Assembly (NCBI GenBank): GCA_002269645.1
Contig: NIVC01001166.1
Coordinates: 1 to 64,000, forward strand
Direction of reading: 5' to 3'
Origin: Macrostomum lignano
Taxonomy: Eukaryota
DNA: 64,000 nucleotides
The position numbers and the translations under genes are program-made. Positions 10,741 through 21,544 of this stretch are shown piece by piece. The notes beneath the pieces were generated by a model, which was given only the letters and a program-made list of their open reading frames with translations, made no database searches and was not told where the DNA came from. How positions within the stretch are numbered: position 1 is the stretch's first letter; each line of letters starts with the position of its first letter.

Positions 10741-13575
10741 ATGTTTCAAACTGTGCTGTTTGGCATTCGAGCCAAGTTTCTCGGCGTCAGCCAATTGGCC
10801 ACCGAGGATTTGGCCGAGAGTCTGCAGGCTGCGGATGATGGCGCCGCTGGCGGGAGTGGAAAAACTCTGCTTTTAGTGCGTAATTTAGTCTTTTGTTTTT
10901 AACTCAGCACTGTTTGAAGCTATAGAAAAGTCTTTGTCCCTTCAATAGCTTCTGCATCAGTTCGTCAGCTGATAGTCTTTGTTCCCTTAAATAACTTGTG
11001 CATCAGTTCGTCACTAGCTAGTCTTTGTTCCCTTCAATAGCTTGTGCATCAGTTCGTCACTAGCTAGTCTTTGTTTCCTTCAATAGCTTGTGCATCAGTT
11101 CGTCAGCTGATGTCTTTGTTCCCTTCAATAACTTGTGCATCAGTTCGTCAGCTGATAGTCTCTGTTCCCTTCAATAGCTGGTGCATCAGTCCATCGATTG
11201 CTAGTCTTTGTTCCTTCAATAGCTTGTGCATCAGTTCGTCAGCTGATAGTCTTTGTTCCCTTCAATAGCTTCTGCATCAGTTCATCAGCTTATAGTCTTT
11301 GCTCTCTTCAATAGCTTCTGCATCAGTGCATCAGCTTAAAGTCTTTGTTCCCTTCAATAGCTTCTGCATCAGTGCATCAGCTTATAGTCTTTGTTGCCTT
11401 CAATAGCTTCTGCATCAGTGCATCAGCTTATAGTCTTTGTTCCCTTCAATAGCTTCTGCATCAGTTAGTTCAGCAGCTTAGTCTTTGTTCCCTCCAATTG
11501 CGTGTGCATCAGTTCGTGACTCGTGAGTTATTGTAAACTTGCAGAAACTCAATAAAATGAGTACATATAAATTTATGAATTCTTAAATGTCGCAGGACTC
11601 GAGGGCCCCTGAAGAGTTTGCGGTCAGCCACCTGCCTAATGCGATCAATGTGGACTACAAAGACCCAGCCGCGGCTTTGCAAATTGTGCGCGAGACTTGT
11701 AAGTTTCTTAGAATAAAGACGGAATTTAGTTAACCACGCCCTTTAGAGTCCTTTTCCTTTAGAATTCACGCCTTTAAGAATCCACAACCTGAGAACCTTG
11801 AGAATCTACTGAGAGGCCTAAGATATTTTAAGGAAAGGTTTATTCACTTCAAATAATTATACGGTTAGAATGGCAAGTCTAAAATGGTGGGATTTAAATT
11901 ACATGAAGTCTAAAAATATGGATTATGAAGGGTGGGAAGTTCCCATGGAGATTCATAAGGTGAATCCCCTCAAATGAATGAGGGGATTCCCAAGATTGGA
12001 TTCCAAATGGGGAATTCCCGAGGTGGGATTTTCCGAGGGAAATTCCTAAGAGGAGGATTTTGAAATTGGGAATTATAAGTGGTATTGGTTTCCCAAAGGA
12101 TCCGTAAGTGAGATTCCCAGTAGGAAATTCCCAAATTGTGGTTTCCCAGGGGATTCTCATTAAAATAGTCTGTAATTTATTAGTGTGCAATCTGAATGGT
12201 GTTGAATTGTGTGCAATCTGAATTGTGTGCAATCTGAATTGTGTGCAATCTGAATTGTGTGCAATCTGAATTGTGTGCAATCTGAATTGTGTGCAATCTG
12301 AATTGTGTGCAATCTGAATGGTGTGCAATCTGAATAGTGTGCAATCTGAGTTGTGTGCACTCTGAATATTGTGCAATCTGAGTTGTGTGCAATCTGAATA
12401 GTGTGCAATCTGAGTTGTGTGCAATCTGAGTTGTGTGCACTCTGAATATTGTGCAATCTGAATTGTGTGCAATCTGAATAGTGTGCAATCTGAGTTGTGT
12501 GCAATCTGAATATTGTGCAATCTGAGTTGTGTGCACTCTGAATATTGTGCAATCTGAATTGTGTGCAATCTGAGTTGTGTGCAATCTGAATTGTGTGCAA
12601 TCTGAATTGTGTGCAATCTGAATTGTGTGCAATCTGAATTGTGTGCAATCTGAATTGTGTGCAATCTGAATATTGTGCAATCTGAATTGTGTGCAATCTG
12701 AGTTGTGTGCAATCTGAATTGTGTGCAATCTGAATTGTGTGCAATCTGAATTGTGTGCAATCTGAATTGTGTGCAATCTGAATTGTGTGCAATCTGAATA
12801 TTGTGCAATCTGAATTGTGTGCAATCTGAATTGTGTGCAATCTGAATTGTGTGCAATCTGAATTGTGTGCAATCTGAATTGTGTGCAATCTGAATTGTGT
12901 GCAATCTGAGTTGTGTGCACTCTGAATATTGTGCAATCTGAATAGTGTGCAATCTGAATAGTGTGCAATCTGAATAGTGTGCAATCTGAATAGTGTGCAA
13001 TCTGAATAGTGTGCAATCTGAATTGTGTGCAATCTGAATAGTGTGCAATCTGAATAGTGTGCAATCTGAATAGTGTGCAATCTGAATTGTGTGCAATCTG
13101 AATAGTGTGCAATCTGAATAGTGTGCAATCTGAATAGTGTGCAATCTGAATTGTGTGCAATCTGAATAGTGTGCAATCTGAATATTGTGCAATCTGAATT
13201 GTGTGCAATCTGAATTGTGTGCAATCTGAATTGTGTGCAATCTGAATTGTGTGCAATCTGAATTGTGTGCAATCTGAACAGTCTGCAATCGCCCTCGAAT
13301 CCGCAGCCCCCCGCCGGGTAGTGTGCTACTGCAGCGTCGGCTACCGCTCCTCATCGCTTGCCCAGCAGCTGTCAGCCGCACTGACTGACAGCTCCGATGC
13401 GGCCGCTAGCCAGTCTCCGCCGCCCTTAGTTGCCAATCTGGAAGGCTCAATATTCAAGTGGGCGAACGAGTCCCGCCCTATGGTTGACGGGTCGGGTCGG
13501 CCTACAGAGTTTGCGCATCCCTACAGTTCGATGTGGGGCCGACTATTGCGGTCGGAGCTGTGGAAATGGGATTGA
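10741..13575 (+). CDS. Single-domain rhodanese-like protein; exons 10741-10875, 11596-11698, 13307-13575
   Basis: Spliced product MFQTVLFGIRAKFLGVSQLATEDL...LLL|DSRAPEEFAVSHLPNAINVD...RET|SPRRVVCYCSVGYRSS...NLEGSIFKWANESRP...HPYSSMWGRLL. Contains the rhodanese D.R..EF..SHL.GA-like and CxxGxRS motifs. Splice phases are consistent. Confidence 0.85.
10925..11515. repeat. ~46-bp minisatellite in rhodanese intron 1
   Basis: TAGTCTTTGTTCCCTTCAATAGCTTCTGCATCAGTTCGTCAGCTGA-like units. Confidence 0.9.
12180..13278. repeat. 16-bp satellite in rhodanese intron 2
   Basis: (AATTGTGTGCAATCTG)n over ~1.1 kb. Confidence 0.95.
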
Positions 13576-13744
13576 AATCCTGTAATAGAATTCAACCATT
13601 GACGATATTTGTATCGCAAAAAATATTCTGTAAAATGTTTTATATTAGATTATATTATATATAACTTTATCCTGATCAAATTAAGGATACAAGTGGACTT
13701 TTTTGTTTGTTCTTTATTTCATCAAAATATAGCGAGTCTTAATT

Positions 13745-13925
13745 GTCTTTCTAGTTCCCAATCACTTCCTAGATAGTTCCCAATCTCTTCCCAGATGGTC
13801 CACAATCACTTCCCAGATAGTTCCCAATCTTTTCCCAGATAATTCCCAATCATTCCCCGATAATTCCCAAATACTTCCCAGATAATTCTCAATCACTTCC
13901 CACATAGTTCCACGTCCCCTCCCAG
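13745..13925. repeat. Degenerate ~22-bp repeat between rhodanese and PUS7
   Basis: TTCCCAATCACTTCCCAGATAG-like units. Confidence 0.75.
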
Positions 13926-14069
13926 ATATGTAGTTCCAAAATCATCCAATCGTTTCAAAAATTTTTTTAACAATAATAAAAACTGACTTTAGGCTTAACA
14001 TTTTTTTATTGTTCTTTGTTTTACTGTTTCAACTTGTTCCCTACTCTTGATAACAACATTCCCCATTGC

Positions 14070-17000
14070 ATGGCCACCGAAGAGCCCGTAGCAAAAAAGT
14101 TGCGTTCGGACGCGGATGTTAATGGGGAAGCAAAACCGGAAGTGACTACTGCGGAAGCAGAACCGGAAGTGCCGGCGGAAGCAAGACCGGAAGTTACTGC
14201 GGAAGTAAGACTGGACGTTACTGCGGAAGTAAGACCGGAAGTGCCTGTGGAAGGAAGACCGGAAGTGCCTGTGGAAGGAAGACCGGAAGTGCCTGCGGAA
14301 GCAAAACCGGAAGTGACTGCGGAAGCAAAACCGGAAGTGCCTGCGGAACCGGGTGTAAAACCGCAATCAAAACAGGAAGAAGATTTGAGTGCCAAACCGG
14401 AAGTGAAAGCGGATGTCAAACCGGATGCAACAGCAGCCACCGTTGCCAAGAATGCGGACGCTGACGCGGATGTTGACAACGAGGACGCAGACGAGGAGTC
14501 GGACGAGGACCCGCTGGCGCACCGGCCATTCGCCGAGGCCGACGTCGGCATCGAGACTTATCTGGGTTCGCATCCTGGCTTCGCTGGCGCTCTCAAGACG
14601 AAGTGAGTAATAGTTCGTTGCGATTAAGTCCCCCAAAATCCATGTTGAAGGTCCGTCAGGCTGATGATGAACAAGAAACCAATCGGAGTTGATGTAAACT
14701 CAATTGTTTGGTTCAGAACAGAAACTCTAGTTATAAGCGATCGCCTACTAACGAGTAGCAATAAAAGAATGTGAAGTGAATTTTTTTGCAAGAAAGGACC
14801 ACATGGGGCTATAAATGTAAATAATGATTAGTTCATGCGTGCGTACGGGTGCAGAGGTAGCAATCAGCTAGCAATCATTAAAAGCTCTGAAGAAGCCGGT
14901 ACAACCTGGTTATCGCGCACCCCGCTGAGGCAATTCTGCCCTTCCGCTGACGCCTGAGTACATGCAAGTTCGCCAATACTGTGTGCAGGCGCTCACAGAG
15001 GGTGTACAGCGGCCCTGACTTCTAATCGTCAGGCATGTACATTCTGTGTGCCTTGGGGGTTGGCCCTTCATGGGTGTGCATAGAATGTACCAGAGGAATG
15101 CTAGTCAATCCTCTGATTTCCATTTGCCAATCCCCCAGCTGGGAAGACTTTCACGTGCACGAGGTTGACAGCGCAGGCTGCTTGGCGCGACTAACTAATC
15201 AGGAGATCCCTAAGGAGGTGAAAAATGTGAGTTTCTCCTAACTGGCCTTGACCTGCGGTTCAAACATAGCATATATCAATATTTATTCAAATTTCTTCAG
15301 GCCGAAGATGTGCTCACTTCTGAGCAGAAGCAGCAGCTGCTTAAATTGTCGCTAGACAATTGCGCTAAACTGTTGAACGATGAAGTTGTAATTGAGGTGA
15401 GCTTGAGCTGAAGTCTTGGCATGTTTTGAGGTGTCCTCGGTAGCTCAATAGTAGCTGAGTCAGTAGCTGAATAGTAGCGGAGTCAGCAGCTGAATAGTAG
15501 CTGAGTCAGCAGCTGAATAGTAGCTGAGTCAGCAGTTGAATAGTAGCTGAGTCAGCAGTTGAATAGTAGCTGAGTCAGCAGTTGAATAGTAGCTGAGTCA
15601 GCAGTTGAATAGTAGCTGAGTCAGCAGTTGAATAGTAGCTGAGTCAGTAGCTGAATAGTAGCTGAGTCAGTAGTTGAATAGTAGCTGAGTCAGTAGCTGA
15701 ATATTAGCTGAGTCAGCAGTTGAATAGTAGCTGAGTCAGTAGCTGAATATTAGCTGAGTCAGCAGTTGAATAGTAGCTGAGTCAGTAGCTGAATATTAGC
15801 TGAGTCAGCAGTTGAATAGTAGCTGAGTCAGTTGCTGAATATTAGCTGAGTCAGCAGTTGAATAGTAGCTGAGTCAGCAGTTGAATAGTAGCTGAGTCAG
15901 TAGTTGAATATTAGCTGAGTCAGCAGTTGAATAGTAGCTGAGTCAGTAGCTGAATATTAGCTGAGTCAGTAGCTGAATATTAGCTGAGTCAGTAGCTGAA
16001 TATTAGCTGAGTCAGCAGCTGAATATTAGCTGAGTCAATGGCTGAGTAGCTACTTGCAGATAAATATTATTGTTGAATATTTTGTTCCTTAAAGTGCGGC
16101 GAAGACAAAGAGTGGCGCACCAAGTTACATAAGTGCATCAAAGCCCAGTTCCCGGCTCTGTGCAGCAACACTGCGGAACGCAACGGCGTCAAGGTCATTC
16201 TGGTCAAGCAGAAGCGAGGCTCGGAGCAAGGTTGGTGCGATGCAATCTCCCCTCCTAAAATCCTGTTCTAAAATTTGGGGAAAAACCGCCCCTGAGCTGC
16301 CACAGTCCAAGTCGGAAAATCGCCCCGAAGGTGTCACCGTGTAATTTACATGTAGAAAAATCGCCCCTGAGCTGTCACCTTGTAATTTACATGTAGAAAA
16401 ATCGCCCTGAGGTGTCACCGTCCAAGTCGGAAAAATCGCCCCTGAGCTGTCACTGTCCAAGTCGGAAAAATCGCCCCTGAGCTGTCACCGTCCAAGTCGG
16501 AAAAATCGCCCCTGAGCTGTCCCGGTCCAAGTCGGAAAAATCGCCCCTGAGCTGTCACAGTCTAGTTCGGAAAAATCGCCCCTGAGCTGTCACCGTCCAA
16601 GTCGGAAAAATCGCCCCTGAATGTCACCGTCCAAGTCGGAAAAATCGCCCCTGAGCTGTCACTGTCCAAGTCGGAAAAATCGCCCCTGAGCTGTCACAGT
16701 CTAGTTCGGAAAAATCGCCCCTGAGCTGTCACTGTCCAAGTCGGAAAAATCGCCCCTGAGCTGTCACAGTCTAGTTCGGAAAAATCGCCCCTGAGCTGTC
16801 ACTGTCCAAGTCGGAAAAATCGCCCCTGAGCTGTCACCGTCCAAGTCGGAAAAATCGCCCCTGAGCTGTCACCGTCCAAGTCGGAAAAATCGCCCCTGAG
16901 CTGTCACCGTCCAAGTCGGAAAAATCGCCCCTGAGCTGTCACCGTGTAATTTACATGTAGAAAAATTGCCCCTTAAGCAGTTAAACGAGCGCAAAAAAAT

Positions 17001-19904
17001 TGTAAATTTTGTTTCAGAGCGACGCGAATGGCCCAAAGATCGCGGAGCCTATTGTCATTTCGTAATGCATTTGCACGGCAAAGGCACTCTAAATGCTATT
17101 GACAACATTGCCAGAGGAATGAGGTCAGTTTTCAATCACTTGGCGTGTTATTTTAATACTCCGATACGCATAGCTTACAAATTCCATTTTCACAGGATGA
17201 AGCCGTCTCATTTCGCCTATTGCGGCACTAAAGACAAGCGAGCGGTCACCAGCCAATGGGTCTCCGTGCACAAGTGAGAATCATTTTCTATTGTGATTAC
17301 TTATAGTAGCTTGTTCAGTAATGATACTTTAATGAAAAATTATTGCATTAATCCAGAGTCGAAGCAGCTCGAATCAAGTCAGTTGCTAACCGGATATCCG
17401 GCGTATCTGTTGGAAACTTTTGGTGAGTTGCTTAGTTAAAAAAATCGTCAAAGTTCCTCATGGATTTTAAAATGGTGCAACCTGCCTCTTTCGCTTATTT
17501 TCCATATCTATATATTGACTGACTTCAGAGATTACTTAAGAGAGAGAAAAGCTGAGCTCTGTTGATGAGGGGCTGTTGTCGTGTAGATGAGTGATGGATC
17601 TTTTTTAACACTTAGCGCCCCAGTCCAGCTTCCAGGCCACAGCTTTTAGGTTTCACACGAGTTCCACACGCAATGGGCCATCCATTTTTTCCTGGGAGGG
17701 AGTGGGGTTGGCTCGCATTTCTTGGCTCTGCTTTTCTTGGAAAGGGGAGGTGACGAAAAACTGCTGCGTTTCTTCATACTCTGTCTTCTGTTTGTGTTTT
17801 TTGTTTGTTTTTTTTAAGCTCGCATTCTGCCATATTCTCACGTTGACCTTAAATCTCTTGGTTTTCAGCTATAAGCAGAATCCGCTCAGGCTTGGAGATC
17901 ACTTGGGAAACGAGTTTTCCTTGATTATTCGGTAAGAACATTTTTTACTAGAAAATAACTTCGTAAATACCATTCCAGATCGCCTAATTGCGATGATAAT
18001 GAAATTAGCACTGGATATTAACAGCCCTCCGAACCCTAATATGCACTCATTCCTACCCATACTCACTGCCTCTCCAAACACCAATGTACACACGCCTCCC
18101 AAACCCTTACCCCCACTCACTGCCTCTCCAAACACCAATGTAAACAGGCCTCTCAAACCCCTACCCCCACTCACTGCCTCTCCAAACACCAATGTACACA
18201 CGCCTCCCAAACCCCTACCCCCACTCACTGCCTCTCCAAACCCCAATGTACACACGCTTCCCGAAGCCCTACTCCCCACTCACTGCCTCTCCAAACCCCA
18301 ATTTACACACGCTTCCCGAAGCCCTACCCCCACTCACTGGCCCTCCAAACCCCAATGTACACACGCTTCCCGAAGCCCTACCCCCACTCACTGGCCCTCC
18401 AAACCCCAATGTACACACGCTTCCCGAAGCCCTACCCCCACTCACTGGCCCTCCAAACCCCAATGTACACACGCTTCCCGAAGCCCTACCCCCACTCACT
18501 GGCCCTCCAAACCCCAATGTACACACGCTTCCCGAAGCCCTACTCCCCACTCACTGCCTCTCCAAACCCCAATGTACACACGCTAATCCAAAAAGCAGTC
18601 CTAAGCCTGCAAATTAAAATCTATCTACTATTATAATTATCAACCACCCCAATCAGAGACGTCCAAGCCAGCTCCGAGGACATCGCTAGCAGCGTAGCCT
18701 CGCTAAAATCCGCCGGCTTCGTGAATTACTTTGGTTTGCAACGCTTCGGCCAGTCCGGCAACGGCGGCACGTTTGAAGTCGGCCGCGCCCTGCTCCGCTG
18801 CCAGTGGTCTCTGGCCATCGATCGAATACTGGAGCCGTGCGGCGCGGACAATCCGACGGCTCGGCGCTGGAAGCTGGCCTATAAAAAGGACGGCGATGCG
18901 GCCACGTGCGCGGCAAAAATGCGCACCGGCCTTGAGCGCAGCCTCCTGCTGGGCATCGCTCGCAACGGCGGACAAGCGAACCTGTCCGCTCTGCAGGCTC
19001 TGCCTAGGAATATGCTGCAGCTGTTCGGCCACAGCTATCAGAGTCTGCTGTGGAATCGGCTGGCAACTGCTCGGTTGAAGCTGTACGGCCCCAAGCCGGC
19101 TCTGGGCGACCTCGTGCAGCTGCCCGACGGCTCCATCAGGGAGATTGGCGGCGACCAGCCCGGCTGTCCGGCCGACCCGGACAGCTGCGAGCTGGCCAGC
19201 GTGGTGCTGCCGCTGCCCGGCTTCGACGTCCGGCTGCCCGGCAACGCCATCGCCGACGCGCTGCGCGACATGCTCGCCGAGGACGGCCTGACCTTGGCTG
19301 ACCTCCGGCACCGGGTCAAGGACCTGTCACTGCCGGGATCCTACAGGTGCGCGCGAATTGGGAAATTTTGGGACATTTCACCATAAAAATCGCCCTCAGA
19401 CATTTGACCATAAGAATCGCCCTCAGTCATTTGACCATAAAAATCTCCTTCAGACATTTGACCATAAAAATCGCCCTTAGAAAGTTGACCATAAAAATCG
19501 CCCTCAGGAATTTGACCATAAAAATCTCCTTCAGGCATTAAACCATAAGAATCGCCCTCAGACAGCTGGCCATAAAAATCGGCCTCAGACAGCTGGCCAT
19601 AAAAATCTCTTATCACATTATTATAAAACCTTTGCTCATCAGGCCGTTGATTGTGAGACCCCAGGGCGTGAGCTACAGTCTCCTGCGCTACACAGATCCC
19701 CGGCTCCCTCTGCTGCTGTCGGACCGGGATCTGCTCAACAAACCCGACCAGCAGCAGCATCAGCTGATAGCTTCATCGTCTGAGGAGACTGGGGATTTGA
19801 AATCGGCAATTCTGCTGCGAATGCGGCTGCCAAAGTCGGCCTACGCCACGATGGCTGTTCGAGAGCTCAGCCGAGGCCAGATTTCTGTGCTGAGCTGTCG
19901 CTAA
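14070..19904 (+). CDS. PUS7: TruD-family pseudouridine synthase PUS7; 10 exons: 14070-14602, 15139-15217, 15301-15396, 16095-16230, 17018-17123, 17196-17273, 17357-17422, 17869-17931, 18657-19346, 19643-19904
   Basis: EADVGIETYLGSHPGFAGALK, DFHVHEV, catalytic YCGTKDKRAVTSQW, LRLGDHLGNEFSLIIR, GFVNYFGLQRFG, HSYQSLLWN, SLPGSYR, LPKSAYATMAVREL. All junctions are GT-AG with consistent phase. Confidence 0.95.
14130..14410 (+). repeat. ~24-bp coding repeat (AEA[K/R]PEV[T/P])n in the PUS7 N-terminus
   Basis: Nine ACCGGAAGT copies plus GCGGAAG variants. Confidence 0.85.
14924..15075 (+). mobile_element. Dispersed ~150-200-bp repeat, copy A (PUS7 intron 1)
   Basis: Aligns by eye with 29081-29252 (GGCAATTCTGCCCTT...CCAATACTGT...GGGTGTACAGCG...TGACTT...CGTCAGGCATGTAC...TGTGCCTTGG.GGTTGGCC) and partly with 59167-59224. 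Confidence 0.65.
15445..16045. repeat. 23-bp minisatellite in PUS7 intron 3, each unit carrying GCTGAGTCAG
   Basis: Unit TAGCTGAGTCAGCAGTTGAATAG, ~25 copies. Confidence 0.95.
16285..16965. repeat. 35-bp minisatellite in PUS7 intron 4
   Basis: Unit AAAAATCGCCCCTGAGCTGTCACCGTCCAAGTCGG. Confidence 0.95.
18050..18585. repeat. 54-bp minisatellite in PUS7 intron 8
   Basis: CCCTACCCCCACTCACTGGCCCTCCAAACCCCAATGTACACACGCTTCCCGAAG units. Confidence 0.9.
19375..19615. repeat. 27-bp minisatellite in PUS7 intron 9
   Basis: ATAAAAATCGCCCTCAGACATTTGACC-like units. Confidence 0.9.
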
Positions 19905-20135
19905 TCTGCTTTGATATCTGAAATTTTGTGTCCATGTAATCATGCATTATCTGAAAAGCTGTGACAGTTGAAAAAATGCTGCGAAAATTACCCGTGATTG
20001 CAAGGTTGAAGTAAAAGGAAATTTAAAAAAATTACAATGCATTTTCCAGCATGTGCTGTTTAATTTAGTTGGTATTTTTTTCGATTCTTTGTAGTTTAGT
20101 TTATATATATTGCAATTAGAACGCAGAAAACTTTT

Positions 20136-21425
20136 GGACTCGAACTCGGGACCTTGTAGTACAGTTGAATGACTGTAGATTATGGGATTCGAACTCTGGA
20201 CCTTGTAGTACAGTTGAATGACTTTAGATTATGGGACTCGAACTCGGGACCTTGTGGTAGAGCCGAGCGACTGTAGATTATGGGATTCGAACTCTGGACC
20301 TTGTAGTACAGTTGAATGACTTTAGATTATGGGACTCGAACTCGGGACATTGTGGTAGAGCCGAGCGACTGTAGATTATGGGATTCGAACTCTGGACCTT
20401 GTAGTACAGTTGAATGACTTTAGATTGTGGGACTCGAACTCGGGACCTTGTGGTAGAGCCGAGCGACTGTAGATTATGGGATTCGAACTCTGGACCTTGT
20501 AGTACAGTTGAATGACTTTAGATTATGGGACTCGAACTCGGGACCTTGTGGTAGAGCCGAGCGACTGTAGATTATGGGATTCGAACTCCGGACCTTGTGG
20601 TACAGCCGAATGACTTTAGATTATGGGACTCGAACCCGGCACCTTGTAGTATAGTCGAATGGCTGTGTAGATTATGGGACTCGAACTCGGGACCTTGTGG
20701 TAGAGCCGAATGACTGTGTTGATTATGGGACTCGAACTTGGGACCTTGTGGTACGGTTGAATGACTGTGTAGATTATGGGACTCGAACTCTAGACCTTGT
20801 GGTAGAACCGAGCGACTGTAGATTATGGGATTCGAACTCCGGACCTTGTGGTACAGCCGAATGACTTTAGATTATGGGACTCGAACCCGGCACCTTGTAG
20901 TATAGTCGAATGGCTGTGTAGATTATGGGACTCGAACTCGGGACCTTGTGGTAGAGCCGAGCGACTGTAGATTATGGGATTCGAACTCTGGACCTTGTAG
21001 TACAGTTGAATGACTTTAGATTATGGGACTCGAACTCGGGACCTTGTGGTAGAGCCGAGCGACTGTAGATTATGGGATTCGAACTCCGGACCTTGTGGTA
21101 CAGCCGAATGACTTTAGATTATGGGACTCAAACCCGGCACCTTGTAGTATAGTCGAATGGCTGTGTAGATTATGGGACTCGAACTCGGGACCTTGTGGTA
21201 GAGCCGAGTGACTGTAGATTATGGGACTCGAACCCGGCACCTTGTAGTATCGTCGAATGGCTTGAACTTTTTTTATGGGGCTCGAACTCGGGACCTTGTG
21301 TTACAATCGAATGACTGTGTAGATTTTCAACTCAAACACAAATGTTAACGGCTCGTTTGGACTCTTGATTCGAACCCGAGAACACCATTCGCTAGACTTT
21401 GGGATTCGAACTCCGGTGTCCGCAG
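20136..21425 (-). repeat. ~49-51-bp tRNA-derived satellite, ~25 copies, each with a Pol III B-box on the minus strand
   Basis: Minus-strand unit GCTCGGCTCTACCACAAGGTCCCGAGTTCGAGTCCCATAATCTACAGTC resembles a tRNA anticodon arm, variable loop (AAGGTC) and T-arm (GTTCGA[A/G]TCC). Confidence 0.8.
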
Positions 21426-21544
21426 GAAACTCACCTTGTAAAGAGCTTAGCGAGTGGGACTTTGATCCCTACTTAATATTTCTGCTCTAATAGATTGCTG
21501 AGATTTTTCTTTGTTCTGTCTGATAATGCATGCCCTAAGCAGCT

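Noticed and set aside
14065-14072. ATTGCATG at the PUS7 start resembling the 3' end of a flatworm spliced leader
   Set aside because: Only 8 nt match and the upstream sequence does not; compatible with chance.
14650-14720. Hammerhead ribozyme (CTGATGA...GAAAC...GGTT) or box C/D snoRNA in PUS7 intron 1
   Set aside because: Stem III could form, but stem II is absent and stem I does not pair; no nearby D box.
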